Shown here: one piece after another, positions 46,240-55,705 of the stretch
Layout of the letters: each line of letters begins with the position of its first letter
How positions within the stretch are numbered: the stretch's first letter is position 1
Source: an uncultured virus (IMG/VR IMGVR_UViG_3300006137_000088)
Taxonomy: Duplodnaviria; Heunggongvirae; Uroviricota; Caudoviricetes
IMG/VR virus record: IMGVR_UViG_3300006137_000088
Reading direction: 5' to 3' (one strand)
DNA: 64,000 bases
Translations under genes and position numbers: made by a program
The notes under the pieces: model-generated
Databases searched by the model: none
Told to the model about the DNA's origin: nothing
Seen by the model: the letters and a program-made list of their open reading frames with translations, nothing else

Positions 46240-46757
46240 GGATAGACACAATCATTGAGTGTACCTGTACGACCCCGAACAATTTCGCAAAGGTTCTGGG
46301 CTACACACGTGCCCAAACTATTTATGATATTCAGAACCGAAAGTGTGCCCCCAGCTACGATTTTTTCAATCGCTTTACCGATTCAGAATATTCTGCTATC
46401 ATCAATCTGCGTTGGCTACTCAATGGGGAAGGGGAGATGTGGACCGATTTCATGCGCCGACTGACCCATGAGGAACAAATTGTCGTGGTTGATAATGTTA
46501 ACCACGGCGTCTCTGTTTCAAGTTACCAAATGGAACAGGACGCGGACCGGTCTATTAGAATTGCCGAATTTGATTTATTGAAAGAGGAAAATGTAAGACT
46601 AAAAGACCGTGCAAAACTTGCGGACAGATATTACAAAATGACTTTGGAGCAGGCTAAAGAGATTGGGCGACTGGAGCAGCGCATCAAGGATCTTGAGCAA
46701 AGATTGGAAAAAACTGCTGGCGATGTCAGCACCGGCGATATTGCAAGTGTCGGTTAG
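46197..46757 (+). CDS. Prophage repressor (CI/c-like HTH)
   Basis: FAKVLGY..AQTIYDI...K.APSYD, INLRWLLNGEGEM; divergent from the early operon; start MTKTNK. Confidence 0.85.
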   Translation: MTKTNKEKIAEISARIDTIIECTCTTPNNFAKVLGYTRAQTIYDIQNRKCAPSYDFFNRFTDSEYSAIINLRWLLNGEGEMWTDFMRRLTHEEQIVVVDNVNHGVSVSSYQMEQDADRSIRIAEFDLLKEENVRLKDRAKLADRYYKMTLEQAKEIGRLEQRIKDLEQRLEKTAGDVSTGDIASVG

Positions 46758-47449
46758 GCGGCTATGTTCCTGCGTTTACCCTTGTGCCTCCCCATACCCC
46801 CTCTAAGGGGTCAAAATAGGGGAGTTTTCTGTTTTTCAGCGTGTTTTCAGAGCCATTAAGCGCATTTAACGCTAATAATCAGCGTATTAAACGAATTAAA
46901 ACAGGGATTTTAACGGGGTTAATTTTGGGATTAAAGGGGTGTTTATCGCATCAAAATCGCCGTTTTTGGCGGTCATTTTGTCCCTATGGGGGTCTATACC
47001 TATGCGCCTATGACCACCCAAATGACTATCCAACTGACCATCCAACCCCGTTTTAAGGACGAAACGGGCACGATTTTCACCGCTCCCCCACCCTCCGTCT
47101 GACCCTCCCGGAGCAGGGCGCAGCCGCCGGCATTTAACAGGGCATTTAACGCCTGCGCCGTCCGCCGGATCACTCGTGCGCATGGGCGCGCAGCTCTCGC
47201 CGCTCCCCTACCCTGCCGACCCACCGGCACAATGCCCCACAAACGCCGTAAACGCCTGAATTTCGCGCCCTCTGCGCCTCCGTGAGCCATTGACCCACCC
47301 ACACAACGAAAGCGGCCACACAGCCGGCAAAAACCAGCCATGCAGCCGCACGTTATTAAAGCCAATTAAAGTCCGATTAAAGCCCCGTTAAACACCGATT
47401 AAACGGACCGCCCCAAAAATTAAAGCCGGATTAAAGCAAATTCAAGTTT

Positions 47450-47558
47450 TTGCACGTTTCGTTTTTCCCGACCAACCACTCCCAAACCGCCAAAACACAC
47501 TGAACATCAGCACATTTCACAGCCGACCGACATTCACACCGTTGCTCGCTTCGTTTTC
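47450..47558 (-). repeat. Right-end transposase-binding repeats
   Basis: TTGCACGTTTCGTTTTT (47450-66, exact reverse complement of 9612-28) and TTGCTCGCTTCGTTTTC (47542-58). Confidence 0.85.
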
Positions 47559-47569
47559 ATGCCCATAAA

Positions 47570-47989
47570 TTCATTGAGGATAAGAACCTCGATGTTCGTA
47601 TTTCTCGCACAAAGAACAACCTTCAGCTTCTTGAAGAGGTTGAAGAGGCTCTGGATAATCAGGACAAACAGCCTAAAGAAGCACCAGCAGAAGAACCAGC
47701 CCCGGCTCCCGCTCAATCACGTCGCCGTGCCCCTCAGCCTAAAGTTGAAGAACCGGAAGAAGATGAGGACGAGGAGCCCGAAGATAGCGACTCCGACTCT
47801 AAGGAAGAAGAGGAAGCTCCGGCTGCTCCGGCTCCTGAATCTGGTCGTCGTTCTCGCCGTGCCCGTCCGGGAAGCGAAGAAGCTGCTGCTCCAGCCCCTG
47901 TTCCTGAACCTGAAGCCGATGAGGAACCTGAAGATGCCCCGGCTCCCGAAAGTTCACGTCGCAGACTCCATTCCCGCCGCCTGAGATAA
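47570..47989 (+). pseudogene. 5'-truncated gene with acidic Pro/Glu-rich tail (possibly a phage SSB C-terminus)
   Basis: Open frame FIEDKNLDVRISRTKNNLQLLEEVEEAL...EEDEDEEPEDSD...LHSRRLR* with no start, beginning at the prophage right end. Confidence 0.65.
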
Positions 47990-48080
47990 TTCCTGTCTTT
48001 AGATAATAATTCATGTAGTTCGAGAGGGCATTGGCTCAATGCCTGTGCCCTCTCATTCTTATTTAATCTCAGACAGGAAT

Positions 48081-49118
48081 ATGGAAAAAGAGGCTATCGC
48101 TTTATTAATAAACGATTTACACGCTAACAAAGATAATATAGCTGAGTTCCTTAAAAACTGGGATGAGGCATTATCAATCTGTAAGCGCGAAGGTATTGAG
48201 GACATAGTTGTGGGTGGTGACGTATTCACATCCAGGGCTTCTCAAACACTGGCTACATTACTTGCCGTTAAGAGTGCATTTGTCAAGGCCACACGCCAGG
48301 GCATATATGTTATTATCGGCGAAGGTAATCACGATAAAACTGATCAAGAGGCAATCGAGGGATATAATCATCTCTGGGTTGGCTTAGATCGCATTGAAGT
48401 TGTTGACACTCATTTAGCTCTTGTATGGCAAGGGGTTGAGGTCTGTTTGCTTCTGATAAGTTATTTCCCTGAGAATGGTTCATTTTTGGATAAGCTCGAT
48501 GAAGCTGTATCGCATACTCTTAGCAACCATCCTCAGTACACCAAAAAGGACATCATTCTCTATATTCACGAAGGGGTACACGGTGCGCTTGGTGATTTTG
48601 AGATTGATGGTGAACTTGCTCAGGCTCCGCTACTTGATTTTAAGGCTGTTTTGTGTGGCCACTATCATAACCGAGTAAAAATCAAGAATACCAATATCGA
48701 ATATATCGGTTCATCACGTCAGGGTAATTTTGGCGAAGATGAAGAGAAGGGTTATACCATTCTGTATTCCGATGGCTCCTATAGTTTTGTCAAGAATGAA
48801 GTCAACACCCGATTCCAGACCGTAGAGCTGGATTTCAAGGATGTTGATAAGTTCACTCTGGATAAAGATGACCGCTACAAGTATAAGGTCAAGGTAAAGT
48901 GCAATGAAAAGCAAGCTAAACTCTTTGATAAGCAGAAGTTAATAGACTTAGGCTTTCATAAGGTTGAGGCTGTTTCAGAGAGCAATTTACCCAAAGAAAC
49001 TGCTGCTTCAGACATTCAAGAAAAGTATGATAAGCAGGGCATAAAAAAAGAATATCAGAATTACTGCAATGAAAATTCGATTGACAGTAAGCTGGGTATG
49101 AAATATTTGGAGGGCTAA
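48081..49118 (+). CDS. SbcD/Mre11-like (gp47) metallophosphoesterase nuclease
   Basis: DLH, GGDVF, GNHD, GHYH, YIGS; start MEKEAI. Confidence 0.9.
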   Translation: MEKEAIALLINDLHANKDNIAEFLKNWDEALSICKREGIEDIVVGGDVFTSRASQTLATLLAVKSAFVKATRQGIYVIIGEGNHDKTDQEAIEGYNHLWVGLDRIEVVDTHLALVWQGVEVCLLLISYFPENGSFLDKLDEAVSHTLSNHPQYTKKDIILYIHEGVHGALGDFEIDGELAQAPLLDFKAVLCGHYHNRVKIKNTNIEYIGSSRQGNFGEDEEKGYTILYSDGSYSFVKNEVNTRFQTVELDFKDVDKFTLDKDDRYKYKVKVKCNEKQAKLFDKQKLIDLGFHKVEAVSESNLPKETAASDIQEKYDKQGIKKEYQNYCNENSIDSKLGMKYLEG

Positions 49119-49121
49119 ACT

Positions 49122-51491
49122 ATGTGGAGATTAACAGAATTAAAAATCAGGAATATTGTCTCTTTTCATGAGGCAACCTTAAAAATCCAGCAGGGTGTAG
49201 CTACTCTAATCTTTGGCAAAAACGAGGATAATGCTTCCCAGCCTAATAATGGCTCCGGCAAATCTTCGTTGATTGAAGCCATATCTCTTGCCCTGAATGG
49301 TGAACAGCTACGCAAAGTGAAGAGCGTGGAAGAGATTATCAATGATCATGCAGATGAGGCGTATGTCTATCTCAGACTTGATAATGATTATGATGACACT
49401 GTATTTACTATTGAGCGCAATATAAGTCGTAATGCAGCTCAGGTTGTCGAGTGTCACAAATATGCTGCTACCGGTGAAGAGATTGAGACAGATAAGACTA
49501 TCCAGCCTACAGTCTCTGATTACAATAAATTCATTCTCAGCGAAATCGGTCTCTCAAAGGATGATATTTATAATAATTTCATTCTTTGTGATAACAAGTA
49601 TGAGAGCTTTTTCGATTGCTCTGATAAGAATAAGAAAGAGGTTATCAATCGCTTCAGTAATGGCTTCATTATTGATGAGAGTATCGCCCGTGTTCAAGCC
49701 GACATGGAGCCTATTTCTGTGCGCTTAGGTGAAGCTAATAATACTGTCATAAATATTAAAGGCTCGATCTCCGCCATAGAGAATGAGCTTGTTCAGGTTG
49801 ATGAGAAGAAGGCAAATGCAAAAGAAGAGCGGGAGGCGCGCATCGCAAGATTGGACCGGCAGATTCAACAATGCCGTGAAGATATTGAGGCTGTTGAGGA
49901 TAAAAAGCAAAAAGGAGAGAAAAGACTTGAACTTTTGCAAAGCCTCCAAACCAGTGTGGCCAGTCTGGAAGAATCCGACACAGCGTTGTTGGAAGCGTAT
50001 AATCAGATAAAGCAAATGTGTCAGGACCATGAACTTGGCACTATCAGTGAATATGATGCTTTATCTGAAAAATATAAGCAGGAACTATCAAATCTGACTG
50101 TTTCGATTAAAGATATTAAAGCTCAGATTATTGAGGCTTCCAGACTGGTAAAGAAACGTCAGAAATCTTATGAAGAGCAAAAAACTCTTTACAATCAACA
50201 CTCTAACGAACAAACAGAGCTGACAAAACAAGATCAGGCTTTGATTGAAAAAATCAATAAAGAGATTGCGAAAATTGATCAGCAGCTTGATAATATTGAG
50301 GCTCAGGTAAAAACTCACAAAAAACGTCAAGCGGAATTGGAGGCTTTGATTGCTAAAAATTCTGCGATGATGGATGGGGTTGTTATCTGCCCTAAGTGTG
50401 AGCATAAGTTTTTTGTTGGCAACGAGGTTTCTGTCGAAGAGATTAGAAAAAATCTCGTTGGTTTCCGTACTGAAATGGAAGAAAGCAAATCCAAAGTTGA
50501 AAAACTCAACGAGGAATTTGACTCGATAGATGAAAAAGCTGAAACCAAATCTGAAGAAGCTGATGAGATCAACAAGAAAATCAAAGCTCGCAATATTGAA
50601 CTTAATAATGAGTATTCTGCTCTGGTAGCTTTATCAAGGGAGGTTGACCAGTCAGAAAATAACGTGTCTGTACTTCAGAAACGCCTGGTATCAACTGAGA
50701 ATGATCTTGATCGACTGAATGGTAAGATTGAGGTCCTGCGTAACCGTCTTTTTGGTGAAATCAATGGTGTTCTGGAAGGCCGTGTAATGAATGGTGAAAA
50801 CTTCATTAAGCAGCAGGATTCGTCTATTAAGTTTATCCAGGGTCAGATGACACAATACCAGCAATCCAAGAGAGATATACTGGAGGCCCCGGAAACAGAT
50901 TTTGCAGCTTCCTTAAAGGCGTCTCTGGAGAAATATCAGGCAGATCTTGAAAAAGCAGAAGAGATTGTAGCTGATGTTCAGGCAGAATACAACCGCCTGA
51001 AAGAGCAAGAGGTGCATTTCACTATGTTCAAATCTCATATTGCCAGAAAGAAAATTGATGCACTATCTCTCATTGTCAACGACTTTCTTGAAAAGATTGG
51101 TTCAGATATTCGACTCAAACTGGAAGGATTCACTGTAACCAAGACTGGTAAGCTGAGAGATAAGATTTCAGTTCAGGTGATGCGCGACGGCATTGACTGT
51201 GGCTCCTATCATAAGTTCTCCGGCGGTGAAAAGGCTCGATTAAATCTGGCTTGCATCTTATCTCTTCATACTCTTACTAACTCAAATTGTGAGGACGGTA
51301 AAGGACTGGATTGCATCATTATAGATGAGTTGCTGGATAAGTCTGATGAAATGGGTATGGCAACATACTGTGAGGCACTAAACAAGCTCGGACAGACTGC
51401 TCTCCTGATCACTCAGGGAGGTGTCTCAGAAAGCTATCCGCATAAGCTATTAATAGTAAAAAAACAAGGAATTTCAACAATTTCAAATTAA
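49122..51491 (+). CDS. SbcC/Rad50-like (gp46) ATPase
   Basis: NGSGKSS, coiled coils, CPKC zinc hook, FSGGE, IIIDE. Confidence 0.92.
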   Translation: MWRLTELKIRNIVSFHEATLKIQQGVATLIFGKNEDNASQPNNGSGKSSLIEAISLALNGEQLRKVKSVEEIINDHADEAYVYLRLDNDYDDTVFTIERNISRNAAQVVECHKYAATGEEIETDKTIQPTVSDYNKFILSEIGLSKDDIYNNFILCDNKYESFFDCSDKNKKEVINRFSNGFIIDESIARVQADMEPISVRLGEANNTVINIKGSISAIENELVQVDEKKANAKEEREARIARLDRQIQQCREDIEAVEDKKQKGEKRLELLQSLQTSVASLEESDTALLEAYNQIKQMCQDHELGTISEYDALSEKYKQELSNLTVSIKDIKAQIIEASRLVKKRQKSYEEQKTLYNQHSNEQTELTKQDQALIEKINKEIAKIDQQLDNIEAQVKTHKKRQAELEALIAKNSAMMDGVVICPKCEHKFFVGNEVSVEEIRKNLVGFRTEMEESKSKVEKLNEEFDSIDEKAETKSEEADEINKKIKARNIELNNEYSALVALSREVDQSENNVSVLQKRLVSTENDLDRLNGKIEVLRNRLFGEINGVLEGRVMNGENFIKQQDSSIKFIQGQMTQYQQSKRDILEAPETDFAASLKASLEKYQADLEKAEEIVADVQAEYNRLKEQEVHFTMFKSHIARKKIDALSLIVNDFLEKIGSDIRLKLEGFTVTKTGKLRDKISVQVMRDGIDCGSYHKFSGGEKARLNLACILSLHTLTNSNCEDGKGLDCIIIDELLDKSDEMGMATYCEALNKLGQTALLITQGGVSESYPHKLLIVKKQGISTISN

Positions 51492-51496
51492 TAGTT

Positions 51497-51997
51497 ATGC
51501 AGAAATTAACTGAAGAGTATGTTCGTCAGTTGGGACGTGGTGACGTAATGGCTTTTGATGTGGCCACTCACTGTGGTTTTTACACCTTGGGCGATTACGG
51601 CACCAAGCACTTCCCTCCGACAGAGAAGGCTCCCAAATATATGGGGCCTGACTATGCCCAGCACAAGGCTTTCAGAAACTGGCTCATTGAGATGCTTACC
51701 TCTCATGGTATTAAGGTGGTTGCCGCCGAAGATGTAGTCTTTGGGCATTTTATAGATTTCCGAAAGTTGTGTGAGTTTCGTGGGATCTTGTTTGAAGTGT
51801 GTCAGACATTGGATATTCCGATTGTCACCTTCAAGCCTACCGACATCAAAAAGCACGGTACTGGTAATGGCCGGGCGGACAAGAAAATGATGATGGAGTT
51901 TGCCGAAAAGAGATACCATATTGATGTGGAAGGTGATGACAACCTTGCAGATGCCTTGCATATCTATATGTATTTCATTCATCGCTATAAGCTCTAA
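51497..51997 (+). CDS. RuvC-like Holliday junction resolvase
   Basis: AFDVA, AAED, IKKHGTGNGRADK, DNLADA. Confidence 0.8.
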   Translation: MQKLTEEYVRQLGRGDVMAFDVATHCGFYTLGDYGTKHFPPTEKAPKYMGPDYAQHKAFRNWLIEMLTSHGIKVVAAEDVVFGHFIDFRKLCEFRGILFEVCQTLDIPIVTFKPTDIKKHGTGNGRADKKMMMEFAEKRYHIDVEGDDNLADALHIYMYFIHRYKL

Positions 51998-52054
51998 TTA
52001 ATCTGGTAAAAATAAGCAAATTATGAATGTTTTGCCCAATAAGTTCGCCCTCCA

Positions 52055-52732
52055 ATGTCAAATAATGCTTCAAAAGATGCGGGAAAGCCCGCCAAACCGA
52101 CTGCGCTTTGTCGGCAGTTGAGTCTAAAGGAAAAGGAACGTCTTTTCAACAAATATGTAGTTCCTAATCTGGCGGACATCAAAAGTTTAACTAAACACTA
52201 TACAGCTAACTATCAAGATGTCGATGACAATTACAACATTTGTTTAACTCAGCTCTATCACTATATCGGGTCATACGATCCGTCCAAAAAGTTGATGACT
52301 TGGCTCCATATTGTCGTTAAACGTGCTTGTCAAAAGCAGAATAAGGACAAATACGAAGAGTCTCAGCATTGGACTGATATTGAGATGTGCTCTATGGAGG
52401 ATATTTATCAGCACGGCACCAGTATGGTCACTGAAGCTGAATTTGGGAATTTGATAGATAATATCTCAGACCAAATGCTTGCAGTGTTGATGACAATCCC
52501 TTCACAACGACTCTCTCCCTTTATGCTGCATGTTCAGGGGCATAGGATAAGAGAGATAACTGCGATAGAATGGGAGCGCGGACATCTTGAAAAACGTAGT
52601 GAAGATATAGTAAAGAGCCGAATTTATTGGGCAAAACGTGAATTGCAATATAAACTGAGACAATATGGAATTACAAGAAAAAACCATAAAAGTACGCCAG
52701 ATGATCGAGACCGTTGTGAAGAGGACGATTGA
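52055..52732 (+). CDS. Sigma-70 (ECF-like) sigma factor
   Basis: Region 2 YDPSKKLMTWLHIVVKR; region 4 IREIT...VKSRIYWAKREL. Confidence 0.8.
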   Translation: MSNNASKDAGKPAKPTALCRQLSLKEKERLFNKYVVPNLADIKSLTKHYTANYQDVDDNYNICLTQLYHYIGSYDPSKKLMTWLHIVVKRACQKQNKDKYEESQHWTDIEMCSMEDIYQHGTSMVTEAEFGNLIDNISDQMLAVLMTIPSQRLSPFMLHVQGHRIREITAIEWERGHLEKRSEDIVKSRIYWAKRELQYKLRQYGITRKNHKSTPDDRDRCEEDD

Positions 52733-53300
52733 TCCTAAATGGCGGTTTACACAGAGCGGTATGGTTGCACTCTATATTCAAAATGGATTGCAACAACTAC
52801 CGGCTTTGTTCGGTGTCTCAGATATTGATGATGAGCGAATTGTTGATTATCTGGTGTATCAGATATACCGATACCGGACATCTATTGCTAATGGCTCCTG
52901 GCAGTATAATTATCTGTTTTCTCAGGCAGCCTTGGAGAAGTATCGAAACCAATTCCTTAGCACTGATGGTAAATCAGGGATGAATTTCTACATCAATCAA
53001 TGGTTGGATGAGGCTGAGTTGTCAAGGGGGCAGCTTACTTCAATGATAACAAAGCCGAAACCCAATCCATTGAAGAAAATGGTTTATCTTGCCTCGGAGG
53101 AACCTATAAAAAAGCGGTTTCTGAATACGAATGAGGGATTGGCCTTGTGTCAACGGTCAACGACCGGCTGGAGTCCGCTTTCAGAGGCTTGCGGACGATG
53201 TGATAACTGGGTGGAGTGTGGCAAAATGACCGCTAAGAAGTATCCAGAGCTTATGCGGTACAGAAAAGAAGTTTATCATCATGGCAGGAAAGAAAAATGA
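52665..53300 (+). CDS. Hypothetical protein with C-terminal Cys cluster
   Basis: 211 aa between sigma factor and helicase. Confidence 0.7.
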   Translation: MELQEKTIKVRQMIETVVKRTIDPKWRFTQSGMVALYIQNGLQQLPALFGVSDIDDERIVDYLVYQIYRYRTSIANGSWQYNYLFSQAALEKYRNQFLSTDGKSGMNFYINQWLDEAELSRGQLTSMITKPKPNPLKKMVYLASEEPIKKRFLNTNEGLALCQRSTTGWSPLSEACGRCDNWVECGKMTAKKYPELMRYRKEVYHHGRKEK

Positions 53301-54639
53301 AAACGTCTTGACTTCTGAGTTCCTTGCGGAGCTGTATAATTGCGCTATCACCAACAATCAGGTGTGTTCGGTGGTGTGCCGTTATATGGAGGATTCATTT
53401 CTCCCGGATCCGCAGTATCAGCTGCTCAATTCCACTCTGAAAGGGCATTTCAACGAATATAAAACGGCCCCTCAGTATGGCATTATCTCCCAGCGTTTAT
53501 CTTCATCACGAGCAGTGTCTGAATTGCTGGAGGAAATCAAAGAGGTTGCTACCAGTGTAAATCCTGAGAGTATTCGAGACCAATTTGAAGAGTATCTGAA
53601 ACTGGTTCAGTTTAAGAAAATCATCAAAGAAGTCAACAAGAAATACGAGGATGGGGAGCGTATTTCAGCAATGATGGCCTTTACCAAAGAGGCATTGAAG
53701 CTCCAGCAGTTCTCACTAAAACCGGAAGAGTTTATTGACATCGCCCAGACATACGAAGAGCGTTTGCGCGAAAACAAGGTGCGCAATGAAAACCCGGTAG
53801 CTAAGATGGTCAATAGCTTCTATATTGATGGTCTTGATGAGATGAATCAAGGGCGTAATCTTCGCACTCAGCTTTCTCTCTTCTTGGCTATGTCTGGTGT
53901 CGGCAAAAGTCACATCGCTCGCTGGATTGGCTATAATGCCGCTTACATCAGTGGTCTTGATGTACTCCACATACAGTTGGAGGGCGCTGCTTCGGAAACC
54001 ACAGATGCGTATTCTGCAATGTTGAGCGGAACTACCACCTATGAATATGAGAGTGGCAAAGTTAACAATCATACATTAGAGCATCTGAAAAGTATGCTCG
54101 ACACCTACAAAGGCACTTTGAGAGTAAAGGCTTACCCTAAGTTCGGCAAGGAAGTTTCGACCACTGACATCAGAACCGACTGTGATAAATATCGTGAGAA
54201 ATATGGCAAATATCCAGACGTGATCATCGTTGACTCGCTTGACCTCTGTACTGACTCTTCGGGTAAGAACTGGGATTCTAAATCCTTACGTCACAAGCGT
54301 ATCGCAACCGCTCAGGACTTGAAAGATTTGGCCGGTGAAACTGACAGCTGGCTCGTTGTCACTTATCAGGCTACCATTGAAAATCCTGACTGGGTGAATG
54401 ATGAGAAGAATGTGCTTACGGCTTTCAATACCTCAGAATGTAAAGGACTTCAGCGCCCTTGTACTCATTTGATTTCTCTCAATCAGAGTAAAAAAGAGTA
54501 TCGAGAAGGCACTATGCGACTCTATGCCGACAAGTTCCGTTTCTGCAAAAAGGGAGAGCCTTTCAGAATTGCTCTTGACTATGAGCATGAGGTGTTCTAT
54601 GACAGAGTACGCACTCTTAATCTTCCCCAAGAGTCTTAA
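53281..54639 (+). CDS. DnaB-like replicative helicase
   Basis: AMSGVGKS, HIQLEG, IIVDSLD, TYQA, KFRF. Confidence 0.85.
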   Translation: MAGKKNENVLTSEFLAELYNCAITNNQVCSVVCRYMEDSFLPDPQYQLLNSTLKGHFNEYKTAPQYGIISQRLSSSRAVSELLEEIKEVATSVNPESIRDQFEEYLKLVQFKKIIKEVNKKYEDGERISAMMAFTKEALKLQQFSLKPEEFIDIAQTYEERLRENKVRNENPVAKMVNSFYIDGLDEMNQGRNLRTQLSLFLAMSGVGKSHIARWIGYNAAYISGLDVLHIQLEGAASETTDAYSAMLSGTTTYEYESGKVNNHTLEHLKSMLDTYKGTLRVKAYPKFGKEVSTTDIRTDCDKYREKYGKYPDVIIVDSLDLCTDSSGKNWDSKSLRHKRIATAQDLKDLAGETDSWLVVTYQATIENPDWVNDEKNVLTAFNTSECKGLQRPCTHLISLNQSKKEYREGTMRLYADKFRFCKKGEPFRIALDYEHEVFYDRVRTLNLPQES

Positions 54640-54684
54640 CTATTTTGAAGTTGATGAAAGCAGTGTTAAGACAGGACTACACGA

Positions 54685-55704
54685 ATGATTATCACACCAG
54701 AAATGCAACAATCCATCAGAGAAGAGCTGCTATATGATTTAGGCGGCAAGATGGATGGTTCAAGACGAAATATATTGGTTCCTAACTGTCCTTTCTGTGG
54801 GCATGATGGCTTCAAGTATAGTATCTATGTCGGTAATAATGTCGGCAAGAAGCGGTTTGGTATGTCGAACTGCTACCATTGTAACCGTCGTTTTGGCTCT
54901 CTGAAAGAGACTTTGAAAGCCTTGGATCGTGAGGATCTGATACCGGCAGAAACAGCGGTACTTGATGACAGTGAGACCGACATCTCAGCTATGTTGGATG
55001 ATGAGATTGATGATGATCTCGTCGAAATCACTATGCCTCGTGGGTATAAGCGCTGTTATAAAAACTCCTATCTCAAATCTCGTGGCTGGGAAGTAGATGA
55101 TTATGAGTATTTTCCTGTCGGCACAAACCGTTCTATCGAGCGAGAATATCAGGATTACATAATTCTTGAAGTTCGAGATGAAGGCCGGACTGTTGGGTTT
55201 GTGGCTCGCAGTATTCTTAGTAAAGAAGAGATCGACAGCTACAATTCCAGACATCACTTTAAGATTCGTCGTTATAAAAATTCCGATGAACGTGATGGTA
55301 ACGGCTTTGCAAAAATGCTATACAACTATGATGCGATTGAGGCCGGCACTACACATTCAGTAATTCTTTGTGAAGGTCCGTTTGATGTGGTTGGTCTCAA
55401 TCGCAAGTTGGAGCTTTATGATAATAAACATATCGTTCCTATAGCCACTTTCGGCAAGAAGATCTCTCAGGAACAGATGTATAAGCTCCAGAAAAAGGGA
55501 GTGGAGCAAATTGTCATCGGCTACGATAACGATGCAAAGGAAGCCACGTCTAAAATTGCTATGGAGCTTGATAAATACTTCGATGTTCTGATTGCTGATA
55601 TTCCTGATGGTGTAGGCAAAGATTGGGATGAAATGGATGTTGAGGACATCTATGATGTCTTTGCCTATAATCTTAAAACGGTTAGAGAATTTAATCTTGG
55701 ATAA
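54685..55704 (+). CDS. DNA primase (Zn finger plus TOPRIM)
   Basis: CPFCG...CYHC, CEGPFD, GYDND, KDWDE. Confidence 0.88.
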   Translation: MIITPEMQQSIREELLYDLGGKMDGSRRNILVPNCPFCGHDGFKYSIYVGNNVGKKRFGMSNCYHCNRRFGSLKETLKALDREDLIPAETAVLDDSETDISAMLDDEIDDDLVEITMPRGYKRCYKNSYLKSRGWEVDDYEYFPVGTNRSIEREYQDYIILEVRDEGRTVGFVARSILSKEEIDSYNSRHHFKIRRYKNSDERDGNGFAKMLYNYDAIEAGTTHSVILCEGPFDVVGLNRKLELYDNKHIVPIATFGKKISQEQMYKLQKKGVEQIVIGYDNDAKEATSKIAMELDKYFDVLIADIPDGVGKDWDEMDVEDIYDVFAYNLKTVREFNLG

Positions 55705-55705
55705 G

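Larger units (their letters stand above)
9603..47567. mobile_element. Mu-like transposable prophage (contractile tail) carrying a DGR
   Basis: MuA/MuB-like, repressor, Gam-like, DUF935 portal, MuF, terminase, sheath/tube/baseplate genes; GC shift; inverted end motifs, each end reading 5'-TAT, 9 bp outside the outermost motif. Confidence 0.92.

Noticed and set aside
47559..47984. 141-aa Arg/Leu-rich ORF in the track
   Set aside because: Wrong frame; the acidic frame 47570-47989 is more protein-like and begins at the prophage end
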